Shown: in pieces, positions 45,422 through 53,804 of the stretch
How the letters are laid out: each line of letters opens with the position of its first letter
Numbering within the stretch: position 1 is the first letter of the stretch
Position numbers and translations under genes: made by a program
NCBI GenBank assembly: GCA_964594835.1
Contig: CAZQNA010000003.1
Coordinates: forward strand, 1-64,000
Origin: an uncultured Nitrososphaerota archaeon
GTDB taxonomy: Archaea > Korarchaeota > Korarchaeia > Korarchaeales > Korarchaeaceae
Direction of reading: 5' to 3'
Length of the DNA: 64,000 bases
Notes under the pieces: model-generated
What the model saw: only the letters and a program-made list of their open reading frames with translations
What the model was told of the DNA's origin: nothing
Database searches by the model: none

Positions 45422-46708
45422 TCACCCCCGCCCCTCAGTCCTCTGCCTCCTCCCCCACCTTATCTTTGCGGTGAGTATCTTCTCGGAGGAGAATATCCTG
45501 TCGGCCACCGCGGCCACCCCGAGCGTCCACGCGCAGAGGTAGAGGACGCTGACGGCGTACGAGGTCCAGTCCCGCCACACGAGCGCCTGAGATGCAAGGG
45601 CAAGGTGCGAGAACGGGATCGCCTGCAGGGCCAGCGCCGCAGCCCTGGGGAGGGACTGGATGTCGGCGAACATGAGCAGGAACGCAGGCAGGAAGACCAG
45701 GATGAACAGGTTACTCACAAGCGCCTGGGCCGACCTCACGTCCTCGGTGAAGGCCGCCAGGACCGTGGCCAGCGTCAGGGCGAGCATGTTCGCCGTCACC
45801 AGCGCGACGCCGAGAGCAACGACCTCCCTGGGGCCCAGCAGGCCCAGCTCCGCCGCGGGCCCCTCAGCGCCGGTGAGGATCACCATCTTCATGTAGTACG
45901 CGAGCCCGGCTATCACGCCCACGCTGCCAAGGGTGGCCACGACGGCTGACCCTGAGAGCTTGGCTAGGAGTATGCTCCTCCGGCTCACGGGGAGGGTCAG
46001 CAGCGTCTCAAGGGTCTTCTCCTCTTTCTCCACCGCGATCGAGGTCGCCGCGATCTGCATCGCGAATATCAGGACGAGGGAGGCGACCATGGGCAGCATG
46101 GTCGCCTGCCCCGCGATCGCGCCCGCGACGGCGTCGGGCGGGACGTCGAGCACCTGCCCCCTGAACACCGAGGAGTAGGAGACCTGGAGCGGGTCGAGCA
46201 CAGCCTGCGGGTCCGAGACACCCAGCTCCGCCACAAGGGTGGACGCGAGCGCCTGGGAGGCGGCGTCCAGGGCCCCGCCGAGCCTGCCCGTGAACATGAC
46301 GGAGGAGAACCCTCCCCTCTCGAAGAAGACGGTAACCCTCACCGAGACCCTCTGTCCAGACCTGAGGGCCTCTCCGAACCCATCTGGTATCTCTATCAGG
46401 GCCCCGGCCCCCAGGGACAGGGCCTCCCGCACCGCGTCCTCCGGCGACGCGATCTCGAGCACGGTCCCGGTGGCCTTCAGCGCGGCGACCACGACGGCCG
46501 ACTCCCTGGAGCGGTCGAGGTCAAGCACCGCGACGGGCGTGGTGAGCGCCGTCTTCTCGGCCGCGGACATCGAGGCCCTGGTGGCGAGCCCTATGACGGG
46601 GTAGAGGATCGTTGGCAGCAGGATCATCCCGACTAGGATCTTGCGGTCGCGCAGGAGGTCGAGGACCTCCTTCCTGACGAGGCTCCTCAGCGCCCTCCTC
46701 CCGCTCAT
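45422..46708 (-). CDS. ABC-2 permease (NatB-like)
   Basis: KEVLDLLRDRK, IAVEKEEKTLETLLTLPVSR..LLAK. ATG 46708. Confidence 0.9.
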   Translation of the reverse strand: MSGRRALRSLVRKEVLDLLRDRKILVGMILLPTILYPVIGLATRASMSAAEKTALTTPVAVLDLDRSRESAVVVAALKATGTVLEIASPEDAVREALSLGAGALIEIPDGFGEALRSGQRVSVRVTVFFERGGFSSVMFTGRLGGALDAASQALASTLVAELGVSDPQAVLDPLQVSYSSVFRGQVLDVPPDAVAGAIAGQATMLPMVASLVLIFAMQIAATSIAVEKEEKTLETLLTLPVSRRSILLAKLSGSAVVATLGSVGVIAGLAYYMKMVILTGAEGPAAELGLLGPREVVALGVALVTANMLALTLATVLAAFTEDVRSAQALVSNLFILVFLPAFLLMFADIQSLPRAAALALQAIPFSHLALASQALVWRDWTSYAVSVLYLCAWTLGVAAVADRIFSSEKILTAKIRWGRRQRTEGRG

Positions 46709-47433
46709 ACGGCAGCCACCCCCACGAAGACCTCCTCGAGGTCGCCGGCGTTGTACCTGGCCTTGAGCTCTGAGGGCTCGCCCTCGATCAGCAGGCTCCC
46801 GCGGTGCAGGAGGCCGACCCTGTCGCACAGCCTCTCGACCTCCAGCATGTTGTGGCTCGACAGGATCACGGTCAGCCCCTTCTCATCCACGTACTCCCTG
46901 ATCACGCTCCTCACGTGGTGGGCGTGTATCACGTCGAGCCCGCTGGTGGGCTCGTCCAGTATGGCGAGCCTGGGCCTGACCATGAGCGCCCTGGCGAGGG
47001 TGAGCCTCCTCTTCATGCCCCGGCTGTAGGTCTTCACCCTGTCCCTTATCCTGTCCCCCAGCGCGGCTATCCTGACGCCCTCCTCCACCATGTCCTCCAG
47101 CTCGGACTCGTCCCTTGCGTAGAAGGAGGCCATGAACCTCAGGAACTCCAGGCCCGAGAGGTTCCTGTAGGCGCCCGCCTCCTCGGGCAGGTAGCTCATC
47201 ACGGCCCTTGCCTCCTCAGGCCTCTCCAGCACGTCTATCCCGAAGACCTCGACAGAGCCGGAGTCTGGCCTCAGTAGGGTTGCCACTATCCTCAGGGTGG
47301 TGGTCTTGCCCGCTCCGTTGGGGCCTATGAGGCCGTATATCTCGCCCTCGTTGACGACGAGATCCAGCCCCTTGAGGGCCTCCACCTTGCCGTAGCTCTT
47401 CCGGAGCCCCCTTATCACCACGGCCGGAGGCAT
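46705..47433 (-). CDS. ABC ATP-binding subunit (NatA-like)
   Basis: GPNGAGKTT, YSRGMKRR, LDEPTSGLD, SSHNMLEV. Confidence 0.95.
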   Translation of the reverse strand: MPPAVVIRGLRKSYGKVEALKGLDLVVNEGEIYGLIGPNGAGKTTTLRIVATLLRPDSGSVEVFGIDVLERPEEARAVMSYLPEEAGAYRNLSGLEFLRFMASFYARDESELEDMVEEGVRIAALGDRIRDRVKTYSRGMKRRLTLARALMVRPRLAILDEPTSGLDVIHAHHVRSVIREYVDEKGLTVILSSHNMLEVERLCDRVGLLHRGSLLIEGEPSELKARYNAGDLEEVFVGVAAV

Positions 47434-47725
47434 CGGCCCGCCACCCTTCTCACGAATTTTAACTGTTCACGGACGCGGTCGGGGAGCCGGCCCCCAGAGG
47501 GGAGGGGGGAGTAAGGGGCAGGTCCGCCACTCGGCCCTCGATGGGACCTGGCCAACGCCTCCGGGATTGCGAGTGGGACCAGTCGAGGGCGGGGGGAGAG
47601 CCCTCAGCGCTCTCCTGGGACCGACCCTCCGCTGGCCTGCGGCCCCGGCGTGGGGACCATTCGTCTATAGGATTTGTTCCAACCGGTTTTGTCTCCGAAG
47701 TTCACCGGGTGGAGCGGTGGTCCTC

Positions 47726-48100
47726 ATGCCGTGGGCGTGGATACCCAGGAAGAGAAGGAGGCCCCTTCGCCCGAGGAGGGGGGCTCCCCTTCCGCCGCCT
47801 CCCCCGCCGCCCCCCAGGAGGGGTCTCCTGAGGCCTCCCCTGGGCGGGAGGCGAGACGACGGGGTCGACCTGGGGGACGTGGCCAGGTACGGAGGGGCCG
47901 CGGCGCTAGGGGCCGGGGCAGCTCTCCTGTTCGCCTACAGGGACAAGATAGTCAGCGCCCTGAGGGGGAAGGATGAGGTCACGGAGGAGGAGATCAGGAA
48001 AGCCGTTGAAGACGCCGTGGCCGGGTCTGGGGGAGAGCTGACGGAGGAAGACAAGGAGGAGATAGTCAGGAGGGTCCTCGAGCAGCTCAGGGGGGAGTGA
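47726..48100 (+). CDS. Hypothetical protein with Arg/Pro-rich N-terminus, Gly-rich hydrophobic segment and acidic helical C-terminus
   Basis: ATG 47726: MPWAWIPRKRRRPLRPRRGAPLPPPPPPPPRRG...GGAAALGAGAALLFAY... Confidence 0.65.
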   Translation: MPWAWIPRKRRRPLRPRRGAPLPPPPPPPPRRGLLRPPLGGRRDDGVDLGDVARYGGAAALGAGAALLFAYRDKIVSALRGKDEVTEEEIRKAVEDAVAGSGGELTEEDKEEIVRRVLEQLRGE

Positions 48101-48144
48101 GCGACCCCCCACCCACTATTATTTCTCCCCGGACACGTCCGACC

Positions 48145-48648
48145 GTGCCGGCGCGGCTGGACGAACTCGACCTCAGGATCCTGTCCGAGCTGTCGAGAGA
48201 CGGCAGGGTTCCCCTCTCCAGGCTCGCTCAGAGGCTGAGGGTCCCGAGGACGACGGTGAACTTCAGGCTCCTCAGGCTCAGGGAGGAGGGTATTGTAGGG
48301 GGGTTCAGGGCCGAGATACCCCCTGAGAAGCTGGGATACAGGCTGGTGGCGTTCGTCCTGGTGAAGGTGAGGAGGACCAGGCCCATCGACGGGATGTCCA
48401 ACCAGGAGGTGCTGGCGAGGTCCCTGGTGAGGCAGACGGCCGAGGACCCGTCCCTCCCGTGGGTGGAGGAGGCCCACATAATCACGGGGGAGTACGACCT
48501 CCTACTCAAGGTCCGGGCGAGGGAGCTGGATCAGCTCACGAGGTTCCTAATAGCACACATGGCGACCCACGACGACGTGGTGCAGACCCACACCCTCCTG
48601 GCTCTGGAGACGATCCACGAGGATCACACACCGCCCCTGAGGCCTTAG
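48145..48648 (+). CDS. Lrp/AsnC family regulator
   Basis: LDELDLRIL..L.RDGR, R..RL.EEGI, ITGEYDLLLKV. Confidence 0.95.
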   Translation: MPARLDELDLRILSELSRDGRVPLSRLAQRLRVPRTTVNFRLLRLREEGIVGGFRAEIPPEKLGYRLVAFVLVKVRRTRPIDGMSNQEVLARSLVRQTAEDPSLPWVEEAHIITGEYDLLLKVRARELDQLTRFLIAHMATHDDVVQTHTLLALETIHEDHTPPLRP

Positions 48649-48654
48649 CATTTC

Positions 48655-48764
48655 GACGACTCTGGGGCCATGGTAAGATTAGGTAGACGATGAATCCTCC
48701 TCAAATATTCACCTCAGCCGCCAAAGAAGTCGATCCATTCTCAAAGTGACGACAAGGGTTTTAT
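48655..48764 (+). promoter_or_regulatory. Putative Lrp binding array plus BRE/TATA of asnA
   Basis: GACGA at 48655, 48686 and 48748 and GCCGC at 48717 (31-bp period), ending at AAGGGTTTTATC. Confidence 0.55.
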
Positions 48765-48785
48765 CGGCCTCTGGCGGGGCGGCGG

Positions 48786-49850
48786 GTGATCAGAGGGAGA
48801 ATGCCGGAGACCTCGGCGATACACCCGTCCGTCGTCAGGTTTGTCGAGGCCTCCCGCGAGGGGTCGAGGTACCTCAGGGACCTCGAGAGGAGGCTGTCCC
48901 GACCACACGTCCTCGCCAGGGGTGAGCGGGCCAGGGCCGTGCTGAGGGTCCAGTCGGTCGCCCTGAGGGCCATCAGGGAGTTCCTCGACTCACGCGGGTT
49001 CATTGAGCTCCTTCCACCCATACTGGGGCCCGTCACGGACCCTGGGATCAGGGGGGCCAGGCAGGTCGTGGTCGACTACTACGGCTGGCCCTACAGGGTG
49101 ATGAGCAGCGCCATCCTGTACAAGCAGGCCGCCGCTTCGGCCCTCGGGAGGATCTACTTCGTGTCCCCGAACGTGAGGCTCGAGCCCCCTGAGGCTGCCC
49201 TCACCGGCCGGCACCTGGCGGAGTTCGTCCAGGTGGACGTCGAGGCCTCCGGGATAGGCTACGAGGATGCCATGGACCTTGCCGAGGGGCTGCTTAAGCA
49301 CGTCGTGGCCGTCGTGAAGGGGGAGGCGTACAGGGAGCTCGAGACCCTCGGGAGAAATCTGCCGGACTGCTCGGACCCCTTCCCAAAGCTCACCCACTCG
49401 AGAGCCGTGTCGATGCTCCGCTCCCTGGGCGTCGAGGTCGACGAGGCGGGGGAGATCCCCTGGGAGGGGGAAGTGATCCTCTCCGGACTGTTCAGGTCCC
49501 CCTTCTTCATCACCGACTACCCGCTGGGCTCCAGGGGGTTCTACGACAGGGAGGACCACGAGCGTCCGGGGGTACTGAGGGACTTCGACCTCATCTACCC
49601 GGAGGGGTTCGGGGAGGCAGCCAGCGGGGCGGAGAGGGAGCACGAGTACGAGAGGGTCCTCGCCAGGCTGAGGGCCTCGGGAGAGGACCCGGAGGAGTAC
49701 GGCTGGTACCTAGACATGCTCATGGACGGGATCGAGCCGACAGCGGGCTTCGGGATAGGCGTCGAGAGGCTGACGAGGTTCCTGTGCGGCCTCGGCTCGG
49801 TCTGGGAGGCCAGGTTCTGCCCGAAGGTTCCGGGGGTCTACTCGCCCTGA
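48786..49850 (+). CDS. asnA: Archaeal asparagine synthetase A (AsnRS-like, lacking the anticodon domain)
   Basis: VTDPGIRGA, MSSAILYKQ, SPNVRLE, TGRHLAEF.Q.D, GEAASGAERE, AGFGIGVERL. Confidence 0.9.
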   Translation: MIRGRMPETSAIHPSVVRFVEASREGSRYLRDLERRLSRPHVLARGERARAVLRVQSVALRAIREFLDSRGFIELLPPILGPVTDPGIRGARQVVVDYYGWPYRVMSSAILYKQAAASALGRIYFVSPNVRLEPPEAALTGRHLAEFVQVDVEASGIGYEDAMDLAEGLLKHVVAVVKGEAYRELETLGRNLPDCSDPFPKLTHSRAVSMLRSLGVEVDEAGEIPWEGEVILSGLFRSPFFITDYPLGSRGFYDREDHERPGVLRDFDLIYPEGFGEAASGAEREHEYERVLARLRASGEDPEEYGWYLDMLMDGIEPTAGFGIGVERLTRFLCGLGSVWEARFCPKVPGVYSP

Positions 49851-49910
49851 GGGCCTCGCCGCCCCAGGCCCGTTTAAACGGTGTCCCTGCAGGGGGCGGC
49901 GGGTCGCAGG

Positions 49911-51716
49911 ATGCCAGCCGTCGGTAGGAGCAGGCTCGAGGACGTGACCAAGATCCTGGTGGACGCGGCCATGGGCCGCGTCAAGGCCGACCTCGTCGTG
50001 AGGAATGGGAAGCTCGTCAACGTCTTCACGGGGGAGATCCTGGAGGGAGTAGACGTCGCGGTGAAGGGCGACAGGATAGCCCTAGTCGGGAGGGCCGACC
50101 ACACCATCGGCCCGGACACCCAGGTGATCGACGCCTCCGGGAAGTACGTCGTCCCGGGCTTCATGGACGGCCACGTGCACATAGAGAGCTCCATGCTGAC
50201 GGTCACGGGGTTCGCCAGGGCCGTCCTGCCCCATGGCACCACGGCCGTGTTCGCCGACCCCCACGAGATCGCGAACGTCCTCGGCCTGGACGGCGTGAGG
50301 CTGATGCTCGAGGAGTCCAGGGGCGTCCCCCTGAAGGTGTTCATCACCCTCCCGTCCTGCGTGCCGGCCACGAGCCCGGAGTTCGAGACGGCCGGGGCCG
50401 AGATCACCCCGAGAGACGTGGAGGAGGCCATGGGGTGGGAGGGCGTCATCGCCCTGGGCGAGGTGATGAACTACCCTGGCGTCCTGGCCGGAGACGACAA
50501 GATGCACGGGGAGATCGCGGCGACTCTCAGGGCGGGGAAGGTGGTCGAGGGGCACTTCTACGGAAACCTGGAGGAGGAGCTCAGCGCGTACGCCGCGGCC
50601 GGGATCTCGTCGTGCCACGAGTCCACTACGAAGGAGGCGGGGCTGGCGAAGGCCAGGGTCGGTATCTACACCATGATCAGGGAGGGCTCGGCCTGGAGGG
50701 ACCTGTCGGAGGTCATAAGGGCGGTGACCGAGACCAGGATCGACACCAGGAGGTTCTGCCTGGTCAGCGACGACCGGCACCCCGAGCACCTGATCTCCGA
50801 GGGGCACATGGATCACATAGTCAGGAGGGCCGTCGAGGAGGGCCTCGACCCGATCACGGCCATCCAGATGGCCACGCTGAACACGGCAGAGCACTTCCGC
50901 GTCGATCAGGATCTCGGCGCCGTCGCGCCCGGGAGGTACGCGGACATGCTGCTCCTGAAGTCGCTCAGCAGGGTCGAGGTGGACACGGTCATAGCGGACG
51001 GGAGGGTCGTCGCCAGGGGGGGCAGGCTCACGGTGGAGATCCCGACCCCAGAGTACCCGGACTTCGCAAAGAACACGGTCAGGCTCCCCAGGCCGGTCGA
51101 GCCCGGGGACTTCGAGGTGTCGGCCCCCGTCCTCGAGGGGACCGCCAGGGCGAGGGTGATCCAGGTTCAGGAGGCCAGCGTACTCACCAGGGAGGTGGTC
51201 ATGGACGTTCCCGTGTCCGCCGGCAAGGCGCAGGCGGACCCGGAGGCGGACCTCGCCAAGGTGGCCGTGATCGAGAGGCACAGGGGGACGGGCGGGAGGT
51301 CGGTGGGGTTCGTCACCGGGTTCGGGTTCCGGCGGGGCGCGGTCGCGTCGACGGTGGCCCACGACAGCCACAACCTCTTGGTCGTCGGGGTCAGCGACGG
51401 GGACATGGCCAGGGCGGCCAACGCACTCAGGGAGGTGGGCGGCGGGATGGTGGCCGTGGCAGACGGGCGGGTCCTGGGGATGGTTGAGCTCCCCATAGCC
51501 GGCCTCCTGTCCGACGAGCCGGTCGAGGGGGTGGCCGAGAAGGTAGCCGGCCTGGCCGGGGCGTGGAGGGAGCTCGGGTGCGAGATGGTCTACCCGTTCA
51601 TGACCATGGCCCTCCTGGCCCTTCCCGTAATACCCGAGCTCAGGATAACCGACAGGGGCCTGGTGGACGTCACGAGGTTCAAGATGGTGGAGCTGTTCCC
51701 GGGCGGCGGGGGATGA
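49911..51716 (+). CDS. ade: Adenine deaminase
   Basis: PGFMDGHVHIESS, DPHEIANV, LGEVMNYPGV, IREGS, STVAHDSHN. Confidence 0.95.
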   Translation: MPAVGRSRLEDVTKILVDAAMGRVKADLVVRNGKLVNVFTGEILEGVDVAVKGDRIALVGRADHTIGPDTQVIDASGKYVVPGFMDGHVHIESSMLTVTGFARAVLPHGTTAVFADPHEIANVLGLDGVRLMLEESRGVPLKVFITLPSCVPATSPEFETAGAEITPRDVEEAMGWEGVIALGEVMNYPGVLAGDDKMHGEIAATLRAGKVVEGHFYGNLEEELSAYAAAGISSCHESTTKEAGLAKARVGIYTMIREGSAWRDLSEVIRAVTETRIDTRRFCLVSDDRHPEHLISEGHMDHIVRRAVEEGLDPITAIQMATLNTAEHFRVDQDLGAVAPGRYADMLLLKSLSRVEVDTVIADGRVVARGGRLTVEIPTPEYPDFAKNTVRLPRPVEPGDFEVSAPVLEGTARARVIQVQEASVLTREVVMDVPVSAGKAQADPEADLAKVAVIERHRGTGGRSVGFVTGFGFRRGAVASTVAHDSHNLLVVGVSDGDMARAANALREVGGGMVAVADGRVLGMVELPIAGLLSDEPVEGVAEKVAGLAGAWRELGCEMVYPFMTMALLALPVIPELRITDRGLVDVTRFKMVELFPGGGG

Positions 51717-51772
51717 GGGCCCCTCCCGCCGCTCCCCTTTTTTACCCCCGGCCGGGGGTCGGTGTTGAAGAG

Positions 51773-52915
51773 ATGGACGCGAACGTGGCGCGGCTCGCGA
51801 TCACGATAGCCGCGAGGAGCCTCAAGAGGAGGAGATTCCGATCCGCCCTCACCCTGCTAGGCGTCGCCGTGGGCATGAGCACGGTAGTGGCCCTCACGTC
51901 GGTCGCCCTCGGCGCGAGGGAGGCCGCGGTGGGCGTGCTCACCCAGACCACGGACTTCATGGTCATGCCCAGGGGCGGCTCCGAGTTCCAGGCGGAGCTC
52001 CCGGAGAGCCTGGTGAAGCACATCAAGCTCTACCCCGAGGTGGAGATGGCCGGGCCCGTCCTGTCTCAGATGCTGTTCCTCGAGAAGGAGCCGGCATGGG
52101 CGATGGGCGTGACGGACGAGTCGGCCGACATAACCAGGCTCTCCCTGGTGGAGGGGAGGAGAGTCGAGGAGCCGGGGGAGATCGTGGTCGGCTACACCCT
52201 CGCCCAGGACCTGGGGATAAAGGTGGGGGACGTCCTGAGGCTGAGCGTGTCGCTCGACGAGCCCGGAAAGCCCATGAAGGTGGTCGGCATCCTGGAGCCG
52301 ACGGGCGGCGTCACCGACATGGCGGTCTACCTTAGCCTAAGCGAGCTGCAGGAGATGGTGGGGAAGCAGGGCAGGATATCCTTCATCATGATCAGGCTCA
52401 AGGACCCGAGGGTGGCCGACGAGTTCAAGGAGAGGGTGGAGGAGAGGTACCCGGACCTGGAGGTCTACGACACCAAGCAGATCGCCGAGAATGTCGGCAG
52501 GGTTCTCGACATGATGAACAGCCTCATCCTGGCGATCGGCGGGATATCGCTCCTCGTGGGTGGGCTCGGGGTCATGAACACCACGATGGTCAGCGTCCTG
52601 GAGAGGACCAGGGAGATAGGCGTCATGAAGGCCATCGGCGCCAAGAGGTCCCACATCCTTACGATCTTCCTCATGGAGTCCTTCATCCTGGGCGTCATGG
52701 GCGGGGTCATAGGTGTTGCGGGGGGTGTGGTCCTGGCCAAGCTCGCCAGTACCCTGATACCCAAGATGGTCGGCTTTCCGCTCCCGGCCAAGCTGACCTG
52801 GTGGCTGGTGGTGAGCCCGGTATTCTTCGCCGGTCTCCTGGGGGTGATCGCGGGCTTCTACCCCTCGTGGAGGGGCGCGAGCGTCAGGCCGATGGAGGCG
52901 ATAAGGTATGAGTGA
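51773..52915 (+). CDS. MacB/FtsX-type ABC permease
   Basis: RSALTLLGVAVG, ISLLVGGLGVMNT..VSVLERTREIGVMKAIGA, YPSWR...P.EAIRYE. Confidence 0.92.
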   Translation: MDANVARLAITIAARSLKRRRFRSALTLLGVAVGMSTVVALTSVALGAREAAVGVLTQTTDFMVMPRGGSEFQAELPESLVKHIKLYPEVEMAGPVLSQMLFLEKEPAWAMGVTDESADITRLSLVEGRRVEEPGEIVVGYTLAQDLGIKVGDVLRLSVSLDEPGKPMKVVGILEPTGGVTDMAVYLSLSELQEMVGKQGRISFIMIRLKDPRVADEFKERVEERYPDLEVYDTKQIAENVGRVLDMMNSLILAIGGISLLVGGLGVMNTTMVSVLERTREIGVMKAIGAKRSHILTIFLMESFILGVMGGVIGVAGGVVLAKLASTLIPKMVGFPLPAKLTWWLVVSPVFFAGLLGVIAGFYPSWRGASVRPMEAIRYE

Positions 52916-53804
52916 CTGGGAGGGTCCGGCGGCCGTCGAGCTGAGGGAGGTCAGCAAGGTCTACATGGTCGGGAGCCAGGAGGTCAGGGCCCTCGACAGG
53001 GTGAGCCTCAGGATAGACAGGGGGGAGTTCATCTCGGTGATGGGGCCCTCCGGATCCGGGAAGACTACCCTGCTCAGCGTCATGGGCTGCCTCATAAGGC
53101 CGTCCAGCGGCAGGATCCTGATAGGGGGAGAGGACGTCACCGACTTGGACGAGGACAGGCTGGCCGTGTTCAGGGCGAAGAAGATAGGGTTCGTCTTCCA
53201 GTTCTTCAACCTGATCTCCACCCTCACGGCCCTGGAGAACGTCATGCTGCCCATGGTGTTCGCCGGCGACATCCCAAGCTGGGAGATGAAGGCGAGGGCC
53301 ATGGAGCTCCTTGAGGCCGTCGGGCTGTCGGACAGGGCGAATCACAGGCCCCTAGAGCTCTCGGGAGGGCAGCAGCAGAGGGTGGCCATAGCCAGGGCCC
53401 TGGCCAACGACCCCGAGATCGTCCTCGCCGACGAGCCCACGGGAAACCTCGACAGCCACACCGGCTCCGAGATCATGGACCTCATGGAGCAGCTCAACAG
53501 GGAGCTGGGCAAGACGTTCGTCATAGTGACCCACGACCCGGCCGTGGCCAGGAGGACGAAGAAGATACTCTACATGAAGGACGGCCGCCTCTACGACCGG
53601 CCCCCGGAGGAGGCCGAGAGGAGGAGGGTGGCGAGCAGGGACGAGAGGGTGGAGGTGCTCAGGCGCCTCCTGGGGGAGGTGAGGAGGCTGAGGTCTGAGG
53701 CTCAGGTCGTGTCCCCCGGGATGGGCCTGGGGGAGCTGGAGGACCTGGCCGTCGGGCTGAGGATGGGTATTGCTAGGATAAGGAGGGAGTTGAGCAGGGT
53801 ATGA
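52908..53804 (+). CDS. MacB/LolD-type ABC ATPase
   Basis: GPSGSGKT, GFVFQFFNL, LSGGQQQRVAIARAL, ADEPTGNLD, C-terminal helical extension. Confidence 0.95.
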   Translation: MSDWEGPAAVELREVSKVYMVGSQEVRALDRVSLRIDRGEFISVMGPSGSGKTTLLSVMGCLIRPSSGRILIGGEDVTDLDEDRLAVFRAKKIGFVFQFFNLISTLTALENVMLPMVFAGDIPSWEMKARAMELLEAVGLSDRANHRPLELSGGQQQRVAIARALANDPEIVLADEPTGNLDSHTGSEIMDLMEQLNRELGKTFVIVTHDPAVARRTKKILYMKDGRLYDRPPEEAERRRVASRDERVEVLRRLLGEVRRLRSEAQVVSPGMGLGELEDLAVGLRMGIARIRRELSRV

